DNA of 18,893 nucleotides from assembly GCA_043822705.1 (NCBI GenBank), contig JBDRBK010000189.1, positions 1 to 18,893 on the forward strand. The letters are read 5' to 3'. The notes under the pieces were generated by a model, which had not been told where the DNA came from, searched no databases, and saw only the letters and a list, made by a program, of their open reading frames with translations. Shown piece after piece: positions 1-12,200 of this stretch. Position 1 is the stretch's first letter, and each line of letters starts with the position of its first letter. The position numbers were made by a program, and so were the translations under genes. Origin of the DNA: Fidelibacterota bacterium (GTDB taxonomy: Bacteria; Fidelibacterota; Marinisomatia; Marinisomatales; TCS56).

Positions 1-2
1 GA

Positions 3-50
3 CAGGGCGGCGATGAGCCATTGCCGGGCCCACCAACGTTACCGGAATAA
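3..50 (+). CDS. Probable 3' end of an upstream gene (partial), C-terminus QGGDEPLPGPPTLPE*
   Basis: Frame 3 is open from the window edge to TAA at 48-50. The DNA is GC-rich up to this stop and turns AT-rich right after it. Only 15 codons are visible. Confidence 0.4.
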   Translation, partial: QGGDEPLPGPPTLPE

Positions 51-110
51 GTCTAATTATTTAAGCTTATGAATGCATTTAATTCCAATAAAATTTCCTG
101 CGAGTGTCCA

Positions 111-215
111 ATGAAGACCAAAATAGCTGATCGCAAACGAACGACCAAAAAATTTAATTATCAAGCAATTACCGTATTTATACTGGCGTGTTTTATTCTG
201 CCGGTTGCGTGGGGA
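111..215 (+). other. Sec/SPI signal peptide of the giant protein; predicted cleavage AWG|Q
   Basis: Basic n-region (KTK..RKRTTKK), hydrophobic h-region (AITVFILACFILPV), A-x-G cleavage motif, Gln at +1. Confidence 0.75.
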
Positions 216-3200
216 CAATTACCCAACGAAATTATCGATAAAACATTTGATGGCGATGGCCTAGTTACCACCAACCTCAGCAGCGGTAACGATGTTGGTT
301 ATGCTTCGGTAATTCAGCCCGATGGAAAAATAGTCGTGGCCGGTAAAACATCAACTGGCACTGGTGACGAGTTTGTGGTCGCACGGTATAATCAAAATGG
401 CAGTCTGGATAATACCTTTGGAACCAGCGGATATGTAACTACTGATGTCAGCAGTGTGGGCGACGAGGCCTGGGCCGTGGCACTTCAATCCGATGGAAAA
501 ATCGTTGTCGCCGGCTATTCCAAGTATGCAACCTGGTGCGAATACGGTGTCGTGCGCTACAATAGCGATGGCTCACTCGACACTTCCTTTGACTCGGATG
601 GTATTGTTACGACATCGGTTAATGTTGGTAGTGGTTGGGGTTATATCTATTCAGTCGCGATCCAGGAAGATGGAAAAATCATTATTGCCGGTTCCAGTCC
701 AAGCGCAACCGGAAACCAAGATATTACCTTGGTGCGATATAATTCTAATGGGAGCCTGGATACATCCTTTGATACTGACGGAATTGTTACTGCCAACATT
801 ACCGGAGCTGAGGTTGCCCATGGGATAGCTATTCAGGCTGACGGAAAAATCGTCGTTGGTGGATACAGCAGCACGGACAAAGAATTTTTAGTACTACGCT
901 ATAACAATGATGGTTTGCTTGACACTGGTTTTGGCAGCAGTGGAATATTCGAAACCAGCTTTGGCTATGGTCTTGTCAATGCCAATGCTTTAGCTTTGCA
1001 GGAAGATGGAAAAATTATTCTGGTTGGTAGTGTTTATACTGGTACAAACATGGATTGTGCCACCGTGCGCTTCACCACAGCCGGTGCGCTGGATAACACC
1101 TTCGACGGCGATGGGTTGGCTACCGTTGACTTCAATAATGGCAGTGATTACGGCGAAGGTGTCGCCGTTCAGGGTGATGGTAAAATTGTGGTTGCGGCTG
1201 CTGCCTTCAATGGTTCAGCCTATAAATTTGGAATAGTACGTTATCTTACCAATGGCAGCCTTGACCAAGGTTTTGCTGATTATGGTAAAAAAATGACCAG
1301 CCTTGGTACCTATACCTACGAAGATTGGCCGCACGCGGTCAGTTTGCAGGATGATGGTAAAATTGTAGTTGCCGGGCATAGCACCAATGGTTCCGACGAC
1401 GATTTTTCCCTGGTTCGCTATACCGGCGCAACCATGCTTCAACCGGATTTGGGCAATGAATATACGGACGGGCAACAAGGTATTCCTCTAAGTACTACTT
1501 GGGAAGATTTGCGCCATCAATCGCTGTATCTGGCGTCTGAATTAACAGCTGTCGGTATACCGGCCTGGTCCAAGATAACTGCGATTGAAATTATACCTTC
1601 GACGGTCCCGGCAATTAATTTGGATAATTTTCGGGTGGCCTATAATACAACCGCCAATACTTCCTTCAACGATTTTATAAATACAAATGTTATTTACGGT
1701 CCAATTAACCATTCAACCAGCGACTTTACCAGCATGGAATGGTTTAAGATGGATATTGAAGATGTTGTCTGGAATGGAACAGACAATCTGGTGTTTGAAT
1801 TCAGCCACGATAACTCATCTTATTCGGGTGGTGGTGGTGTGTATCTCCGGCAAACCAATGCCAGCAATCGTGTCGCCCTCGGATACACCGACTCCTATAA
1901 CGGCCCGTATCCCTTTGTCGGGCTAAGTTGGACTGGAGACACACGGGTGGTGGCATTACGCGTTCAGTACGAGCCGGTTAATGTGCTTTCGCCATCTAAT
2001 CTTGTTCTTACTGCCGGGGATTCAAAAATAGACTTGGACTGGGACGTTTCCAACGATGGCGACCTGTCGGAATATCTGATTTTCCGGGGTACGACAGCGA
2101 ATAATCTGGTCAGGATCGATTCTGTCAATTCAGGCACTACTACTTATACCGATAGCGACCTGAACAACGGTACTACTTATTATTATGGCGTTAAAGCTAA
2201 AAACAGTAATGCCGAACTTAGTGAATTCACAAATATTGAAAATGCTATCCCCGAATACGCTGGTCCCAAAAATATCACAGTTGCAAATAGTGATACCCGC
2301 GTTACCCTGAACTGGGAAGCCCCCGGCGGAACGCTGGCTGCGTACTATATCTATCGTGGAACTGCGGCCAACCCCACCACAGCGATTGACAGTATTGTAA
2401 CCGGCTCACCACTGCCGGCTTATTATTTTGACGATGAATTAGAAAACAATACGGCATTTTATTACCGTCTGCGGGTCAAATTTGGCGATGGCAGTTATAG
2501 CAGCTATTCACCAAATTATATCGCCACGCCCGGGATTTACGCTCTAGTGGTTGATGGCAATATTGGCAACTGGGCCGATATCCGCCCAATTCATAACGAT
2601 CCGGTAGGCGACGCCGGTTATGCCGATATTGATTCCGTAAAATTCAATGCCGATGGTTTCTATCTTTATGGTGCCGTGGTAACGAATTCTGATTTGAGTA
2701 GTGACCTGCTGGATATTTATTTTGACACCGATTTCAACGCTTCCACGGGGATGCCGGAGAGTGGTATCGGCGCCGATTATAAATTGACGATCTCGCCCTG
2801 GGGTACCGATGAATTCCTGTTCCGCAATGAATTCAATAACTGGAAAGCTGATGGCGACGCTGATTTCAATGTCGTCAGCAGCAACGGTAACTGCTTCCAT
2901 GAATTCAGTATCCATCTGGATGAACTTGACGGCCCTGATTCCCTACGCTTTTATTTAAGCACCAGTTCGGGTGACAAAGCACCGAATACCGGTTATCTGG
3001 TCTATCAAATGGATCCCAATGACGCCCCCCGTAAATTTTTCGCCGCCACTGGCGACACCAAGGCATCATTGAACTGGGCGGCCGATAATTCATCTGGCTA
3101 TGCCAAATACCTGGTCTATCGCGGAGCAGCAGTAGATCCGACCTCCCTTGTCGCCACAATCACCGGCGGCACCCCACTGCAATCATTTTATCTTGATACC

Positions 3201-6200
3201 GACCTGACCAATGGCCAAACGTATTATTACCGCGTGCGGGCGCAGTATTCCGATGATTCCTACAGCGACTACACTGAGAACATCCTCGTTAAACCGAATA
3301 TTTACAGCCTGCCGGTGGACGGACTTATCGGTAACTGGACCAATATTCGGCCCCTTTACCGCGACATTGTCGGCGATGTGGACAACGCCGACATCGATTC
3401 GGTGAAAATTTACGCCAGCGACACTAAACTGACCGGCTATGTCGTTACCAATGACGATCTGGTTTGGGGTGAAGTCTTCATTTACATTGATACAGATTTT
3501 AATTCCACTACCGGTTCTCCCGGTAACAATATCGGTGCTGAATATCAATTGCGGATCAGCCTCAGCAGCGGCGATGTTTTCCGTTACTGGAGCGGCGGCA
3601 ACTGGCAGGAGTCCGGGAATACCGATTTTTCGGTCGTTCATAGCAATTCCAACCGCTTCCACGAATTCAGTGTCAGTTTGAATTTTTTGGATCAAGCAGA
3701 CTCGCTGCGGTTGTATTACCAGACCAACTACGATGGTTACAAGGATTACGCGCCCGAGGACGGCTACTACCTGGTTTACAACACCACCAAAGTGGCGCCC
3801 GATGCCCCCACCGGCCTGACCACCCTGGCTGACAGTGCCCAGGTCACCCTGCGCTGGAGTGCCAACGATCCGGCCAAACTGCATAAATATAATATTTACC
3901 GGGGTACATCAATCCCGGCCACGACCTTGATCGACAGTCTGGTTGCCGCTTCACCGCCGGATACCGTTTATTTGAATACCGGACTGGTCAATGGCACCAC
4001 CTATTATTTTGCCGTTTCAGCGGTGGACAGCACCGGGCGGGAAAGTGAAAGATCAAAGGAAGTAATGTCCACGCCTAATCGTTATCATGAACAACTGGCG
4101 GAATTGCTGCTTACCAATACTTCTTTTGCCCCGGAAAACGATGCCGGTTATCCTTTCAGCACGACTTATAGTGATGTGAAACATCAATCCCTGTACTGGG
4201 CTCAGGATTTCAGTGAAGCCGGGATTCCGGCCGGCGCCTGGTTCTCCTCACTGGAACTGAAACCATCCACCGTGACCATCGAAATCAAAGATTTCCGCTT
4301 GGCCTTGGGTGCCACCAACGACACCGAACTGAGCAATTTTGTGGACTTGGAGGATTCCGTGGTTCACGGCCCGACTACCTATAATCAATCGGAATTTACC
4401 GATGACAGCTGGAAACGGTTCGGGATTACTCCATACCAGTGGGATGGTGCTTCCAACATGATTCTGGAAGCCAGTCAGGATGGCGATTTCTGGTTCAGTA
4501 ATCCCGGTGGTGTGCACATTCGCCAAGTTGACGGCACGCGCGGTCGACGGGGAGGCAATGATTATAGCGTCTACCCCTTCGGCAATATGAGCTGGACAGC
4601 ACCGGAAGATAAAGTGCTGGCTCTACGGATTGCTTATTCCCCCATTGAACCGGTCAGCAACTTCACGGCTACCCCCGGACATCAGCAGATTTACCTGACC
4701 TGGACCGCCCCGCAAAGCGGTACCGTTGCCGAATATATTGTTTACAGTGGCACCTCCACCAGCACGCTGGAACCGGCCGGCACCACCACCGGCACCAGCT
4801 TCACCGTTACCGGCTTGACCAATCAAACGTTGTATTATGTCGGCGTCCAGGTTAAATCCAGCATCGGTGAGTACAGCAGCGTTGCCCTGGATCAGGTGAT
4901 GCCGGCCTGGATCGGCCCGAACTGGTACGTGGATGCTGTCAGTGGCGTGGTGGGCGCCGAAGGCAGCCCGGAAAAACCGGTAAAAACGATCCGGGGTGGA
5001 ATCGCCATCGCCGGAATCGGCGATACGGTTTTGGTACTGCCGGGAACCTATAAGGAAAACAATGACCAGTACATCCGTTTTGCGGTCGATAACGGCAGTG
5101 GCGGATACGCGGTCAAAAACCTGGTCCTGAAATCCCGCGACGGCACCGCCACGACGATCATCGATGGCGAGTACACCGGTACCAGCGGCAAGCGACTGTT
5201 TGAAATTATCGACGATACCGATACCACCACCCAGGTGGTCGGTTTCACTATTAAAAACGGCTATTCAACCGACAGTAATTATGGTTCGGCGATCACGGTA
5301 AATTGGAATTCCGAAATCGTATTCAAGAACTGTATCATTGAAAATAACCGCAGCACTGTCGGATCGGCGATTCGTGTAGTCGATAATGCCCAGGCCTGGT
5401 TCCGGGATTGTATCATCCGCAACAATGTTCACAGTACAACCTCCAACTGGGCTGATATCGGTGCGATTTTTATCTCCAACGGTGGCGACATTTACTTAAA
5501 CCGCTGTCAGGTGATCAACAACAGTATCACCTCAACCTCCAGCGGTGCCCGCGGCGCCGGTGTTTATATCGGCTGGTCGGACGGCAATAAACTGCGGGCC
5601 GTCAACACCCTGTTCGCCGGCAACACCCTCTCCGGGTTCGGTGAAGTCAACGGTTCGGCCCTGTATGTTGAGAAGGGCGACGTTTCCTTGATCAACTGTA
5701 CGATTGCCAACAACCAGTCCCAGCAGAATGCGATCGTCATGCAGGACGGCTACCTGACGATCTTCAACAGCATCATCTATGGAAATATTCCGGCCGTTGG
5801 CCAAATCAATGTCAGTTATCAGAATGTCTTGACGGCGATCTCATACTCGTTGATCCAGAATGAAAATCCGTTAGATTTTGACGGTGGAATGCTCAATGTC
5901 GATCCCGAATTCACCAGCGGTTATGCCCTTCACGACCGCAGTCTGGCCATCGGCCGTGGCGCCCTATCCGGATCGGATGCCTATGGATTGAATATCAATG
6001 CTCCGACGGTGGACCTGGCCGGCAGTGTCCGGCCCAACCCCGGCGGTTCCAATCCCGATATGGGTGTGTACGAAAATGTTTTGGCGATAACGCCCTATCC
6101 GGCACCACCGAAAAACCTTGATCCGACACCCCTGCATAAAGCGGTGTATCTGGTCTGGAACATGTCGGATTCCACCGACGTGGTGAAATATTATGTTTAC

Positions 6201-9200
6201 CAGAGCAATGATTCAACCAACTGGGCGCCGGTGGATACAGTGACCGGGCGTGAAAACACCCAGACGGTGATTCCCGGTCTAACCAATAAGACCTCTTACT
6301 GGTTTGCCGTGACGTCTGTTGATGGTGATGATTACGAAAGTTCAAAAGCATTCAGCCAGAGGGTGATCCCGGAATATCAGGGTCCGGTCTGGTATGTGGA
6401 TGCAGTCAACGGTGCCCTGGGTGCCGAAGGCAGCTCCGAGCAGCCGATGCGCCGGATTAAGGAAGGCATCACTCGCGCGGCGATCAGCGGCGATACAGTG
6501 TTGGTACTGCCTGGCCGCTATCGCGAGGACGATGACCAATACCTTAATTTTGCTTATGACAGTAATAGCGACGGTAACTACGACGGTCCGAAAAATATTG
6601 TGTTATTGGCCCGTGGCGGTTCCGATTCGACCCATATCGATGGCGAAGGACATGCCCGGCTGTTCGAATTCACTCACGGCCAGGACACCACTTCCAAAGT
6701 GATCGGTTTCCATATCGTCAATGCCGGCGCCAATGGCGCTTGGCAGGAAGGTTCGGCAATAACGATCAACAATAGCTCCAAGGTGGTCTTCCGCAATTGT
6801 GTGATCGATTCCAGTTCCGCTAATGAGACACCGGCAGTATTTGTATCCAACAGCGCCCAGGCCTGGTTTAGCGGCAGTACGATTTCCGATAATGAAAATA
6901 TCAGCATAAACTTTAATGATAATCGTGGCGGCGCCATCGCTGTTGCCAGCAGCGGTCGGCTATACCTTAATCGTTGTTCGGTCATCAATAACAATGTCAC
7001 GACCAATGGTGGTTGGGCGCGCGGCGGTGCTATTTACCTGTTCAATGAAAGCGGCAATTATGTCAGGGCGGTAAACTGTGTAATTGCCGATAATACCGCG
7101 AATAGCAACGGCGGCGGCGGTGGCGGCGGTGCAATCTACGCCGAGACCGGTGAGGTGCGCCTGATCAATGCTACCGTTGTCAATAATAGTGCCGATGATG
7201 GTGCGGCGCTATGGCTTGGTAACGGAATCAAGCTGACGATTTTCAACAGTATAGTGTACAACAATGAGCCCTACAGTGGCCAACTTATGTTCGGTGGTTC
7301 CTACAGTCGCAAGGTGACTTATTCGATCCTGGAGGGCGTCAACACCAGTAACTATGGTATCGGCGTTTTTAACGAAGATCCCAAACTGGATGGTTATGCT
7401 CTGAGCGACCGTAGTCCCGCTATCGGGGCCGGTGCCGCCAGTAGTGTCGATAATACCGGGGCGACTGTCCTGGCGCCCACGGTCGACATTACCGGTGCGG
7501 CGCGCCCCCAGCCGACAGTATCGAGTCCGGATTTAGGAGCATATGAAAACATCTGGAATACGACGCCCTATCCCGATCCGGTTAGTGGCCTGACGGTCAC
7601 CGCCCGCGACGAACGGGTGTTATTGAACTGGGATGCCAGTACTCACATAGGTCTGTCCCATTATGTGGTCTACCAAAGCACACTGCCGGGATTCATGCCG
7701 CAACCGGCCGATTCGATCGCCCGGGTCGAGCAGCCGGCCACTGGTTATACGGCTGGCGGACTGACCAACGGCACGACTTACTATTATCTGGTATCGGCGG
7801 TTGACACGGCCGGCCGCGCGAGCGAATTCCTCAACGAACTCAATGCCACGCCCAACCAGTATAACCAGCAGATTGTGGAGCTGTTGCATACCAACCCGGC
7901 CTCGAATCCGACTAACGACACTGGTTATCCCTTCAATACCGGTTCGTTCACCGACGTCAGACATCAGAGTCTGTATTGGCAGGAAGATCTGCTGGATGCG
8001 GGCATTCCGGCCAATGCCTGGATCACTGGTATTGATCTCAAACCCAGCGCGATCACCGGACAGGCCAAGGACCTGCGCCTGGGGATTGCCTTCCCCGGTT
8101 TGACCATGGATGAGTTCTACTCCTGGCAGAATGTGAACATTGTGTTCGGCCCCCGCTACTATGATAATACGACTTTGACGGCGAATCAATGGGAGCGCTT
8201 TAATGTGAATGCTTTCCAGTGGACTGGCACTACCAACTGGTTGCTGGAATATACCCACGATAATGATTTTACCAGCGGTTCCGACGGCGGCGCCTGGCTG
8301 CGGCAGGTGAACAGTACCCGCGGCCGCCGCGGTGCGGTCGACGGCTGGGCCTACCCGTTCGTTGGTGGAATGAATGACAATGAAGACGACAAAGTCCTGG
8401 CCGTGCGCCTGGTTTATTCGACCCTGGCGCCGGTCACGGCGCTGGTTACCGATCCCGGACATCGGCAGGTAACCCTGAGCTGGAATTATACCGGAACAGC
8501 GGATAAATACCTGGTTTACAGCGGCCCGGCTGGCGAAGCGCCGGTCCTGGTCGACAGCACTACCGGCACTACGATTACGATTAGTGACTTGACCAATGGT
8601 AACGAATATGTATTCGCCATCCAGGTAAAGAATGGCGTTAACTACAGTGGTCTGGTAACGATTGACGCCGTACCGAAATATGAAGGCCCGGTCTGGTACG
8701 TGGACATCGATGCCGCCGGTTCGGGAACGTTATATGAGGGCAGTATTGATGATCCGGCCACCAATATCAGGTCGGTAATTCTGAACAGCAATAACGGTGA
8801 TACTATTCTGGTCAAGCCAGGTACCTATTCGGGCAATGACAACCGCGACCTGGATTTCCAGGAGGTTCCAACAGGAATGCCCGCTCCCAGTCCGGTACGC
8901 AGCCTGGTGCTGATGGGTGAAAAAGGCGCCGACTCGACAATTATTGATTTGTCCGGGGCTGGCGTGACTGAGCGGAAATTGCTGTTGATCAGCAGCAATG
9001 AGGGACCGGCCACCAAAATACAGGGCCTGACGGTTATCAACGGTTCTGTTGACCATGGTGTTATCGATGTTCAGAACGGCAACTTGACGATTGAAGACTG
9101 TGTGTTTCGCAACAATAATAACTACACCATTGAATTTCCGATCGTATTATTCGGCGGCATAAATGCCATGGTGCGGATCGACCGTTGTCTCTTCACCGGG

Positions 9201-12200
9201 AACACCAGCGGTTCCGCCGGTGTGATAATGGCGGACCGGGTCGATATCAGAAACAGCATTTTTTACAACAATTCCGCCCGCGTGGGTGCCGCCATTTACT
9301 GGGATCCGGCACCTGGGAAAATGTCAGTGATCAATTGCCTGTTCCTGAATAACACCAGCAATGAGTCCGGCGGCGCAATGTACATTTCACCATCGGAAAA
9401 TAACTACTCGGTGGTCAATTCGATTTTCTGGGACAACGTGTCGACTACCGGGTACGAGCCGGATATTGCGGACAATCATAGTAACGTACATTACTGTGTA
9501 GTAAAGAATCCCGAGCGTTTCCCCGCGGATAATTTCGGTTTTGATCCGCAGATACCCGGTCGGGCGCTAGGTGATTTTTCGTTGACCGAATATTCGCCGG
9601 CGATCGGTATCGGCACGTCTTCCTATTTCGATTATTTCACTGGCGGTATGCAGCCAATACCAGCTACCGATTACTTGGGTAATGCCCGTCCGCGTCCCGA
9701 AGAGTCAAATCCTGATCTGGGGCCGATCGAGCATGACAATGCTATCCAGCGCTACTGGGTCTACCAGGTGGCCACAACCGGCAACGACGCCAATGATGGC
9801 ATTACTGCGCCCTTCAAAACGATTCAGTGCGCCATTAATCAAACAGTCGATAAAGATACGATTGAAGTGGCGGCCGGCACCTATTCGGGTACCGGTAATT
9901 TTGGGCTGGATTTCAGCGGCAGGAATATCGTGCTGCGCTCGGCCAACGGTCCCGATATGACGATAATCGATGGCGGTCCGGCTTTCTCCCTTAGCAATGG
10001 GGAACCGGCGACAGCCATGGTGATCGGCTTCACCCTGCAGAGTGGTAATGTCGTCGATAATGACGGCGGCGCGATCCAGTTGACGAACGCGGCAGCACCT
10101 ACTTTCCGGAATCTGAAGCTGGTTAACAATACCGCCAACGGTCGCGGCGGGGCCATCTTCGCCCAGAACTCGACCGCTAAATTCATCAATTGCCTGATCA
10201 TTCAGAACAATGGCGGCAATGGCGGCGCGGCTTATCTGGATGGTGGCGCAGTCGAATTCATCCATTGCACCATCGCTGACAATAATGCCCAAAACGATGT
10301 CGGTATTGCCAGTCGCGGCGGCAACCATCTAGTCCTGAATTCAATCCTGTGGAATAATTACGACCTTGCCAGCGAAATCGGTCCCGACGGCGTCTCCGAC
10401 GCCGGTATCACCGTGGAATATTCCAATGTGCTGGGGGGCTACAGCGGTGACGGCAATATCAGTCTGCGGCCCGGTTTTGTCAATGGTTACAAACTGGCGG
10501 ACTGGTCGCCGATGATCGGCAAGGCCGATACGGCCCGCTTTACGGCTTTCGATTATGAAATGAAAGCCCGCACGGTGAGCGACACTACCTGGCCTGATCT
10601 GGGTGCTTATGAAAACGCTCAGCGGACTGCCGATCTTGCTGGTTATTCCAGCCAGAACTGGTATGTCAGTACCAGCGGCAACAATGATAATCCCGGCACG
10701 CAGGTTGCGCCCTTCATGACCATCCAGCGCGGTACCGATTTTGTCCTGTATGCCGATACTGTTTTTGTGCAGACCGGCAACTACCAGGAGAATATTACTG
10801 TAAAAGATCGCCCGGTTGCGATTAAGGCGCCCGCCGGTGCGGTTATCGACGGCGGAGCCGGCGGCACTGTGCTTACCTGCCTGAATGGCGGCGCCAATTC
10901 GGCCTATTTCGAAGGATTGACGATCCGGAACGGTTTGGCCGGTTATGGCGGTGGTGTCAGATTAAATAACACCAGCGCAACATTTGATAACTGTGCAATT
11001 ACCGGGAACACGGCCAGTTCCAGTTCCGGCGGCGGATTATGGGCTTATACCAATGATTCATCGGCGGTGTATACGCTGAATCTGATCGAAACTGATATTA
11101 CCGGCAATTCGGCGCCGGCGGGCGGCGCTGGCGGCTTCAGTGTTTTAGACTATCGTGTCACGATCCGGAATTGTGAAATCAGCGCCAACAGCGCCAGTGG
11201 TTATGCTGGCTTCGTTCTGCGTGGCGGTCTGTCTGACATGGATATGTCAGATTGCAGGATTGTCAATAATCAGGCGGATCAGTTTGGTGCCGGCGGCGGT
11301 ATTACAAATTCTGCCACTGCCCAGATTGCACAGACACTAATAAGCGGAAATGTGGCAAATCTAAGCAACGCCGACTGGTATTCCGGTGGGTTGTCGGTGT
11401 GGGATGCCGCCGATGTTGATATTGTCAATTGCACATTTGCCGATAATGTAGCCCATCATGGCGGTGGTCTGACGGTTGGTGGCGGTGGAATTGCCCGGGT
11501 CAGCAACTCAATATTCTGGGGTAATACGCCTGATCAGATTGCCCTGGACGAATGGAGTACCCTAGGCGGCAACCTGACCATTTCTTATTCAATCGTGGAA
11601 GGCGGCGATACCGGTATTGCCAAGAGTGAATCCAGTAACCTGATCTGGGCTCAAGGCAACCGTACCGGCGATCCGGCCTTCCGTGGCGACGATTACGGTT
11701 TGCTGGCCCGGTCGGCGGCAATCAACGGCGGTCACCCCGACTCCACCGACAGTGACGGCACACGGCTGGATATGGGCTACCTGCCCTACCTGACCACCAA
11801 CACGGAACCCTACTGGCATGTTGACGCAGCCAGCGGCAGTGACGAGGACGGTCAGGGCACGGCCGCGGCACCATTCGCCAGCGTGCAGGCCGGCGTCAAT
11901 TTTGCCGTTACCAACGATACCGTTCTGGTGGCGCAGGGCAACTACCTTGAGAATGTCGAATTCCGCGATTATGACCTGGCCCTGATTGGTGAAGGCTACG
12001 AAACAGTGATCGATGGCGGCGGCTCGTATCCGGCCGTGGCGGTGATGGGTACCTACTTTACCAATGCCACCCTGATAAAAAATCTCAGCCTGATTAACGG
12101 CAGTCCGACGTTGGGTAATCTGCATGTAATCGGCTGCTCTCCTGTTCTCGAGAATCTCTGGTTGCGCGAAGGACAGATCGGATTATACACCTACGATGGT

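Noticed and set aside
1..21. Divergent minus-strand gene starting at CAT 19-21 (MAHRRPV..)
   Set aside because: Only seven codons are visible with no supporting evidence; the + strand frame-3 tail explains the region at least as well.
60..95. Sigma70-like promoter (TAAAAT at 89-94)
   Set aside because: There is no convincing -35 element, and such a hexamer is expected by chance in an AT-rich spacer.
69..110. ATG 69 as start of the giant ORF
   Set aside because: It adds MNAFNSNKISCECP in AT-rich, intergenic-like DNA with no RBS. ATG 111 gives a cleaner signal peptide, though 69 is not strictly excluded.
7110..7130. (GGC/GGT)7 tract as a phase-variation repeat
   Set aside because: It is an imperfect in-frame trinucleotide run encoding poly-Gly in a GGAI rung; slippage would not shift the frame.
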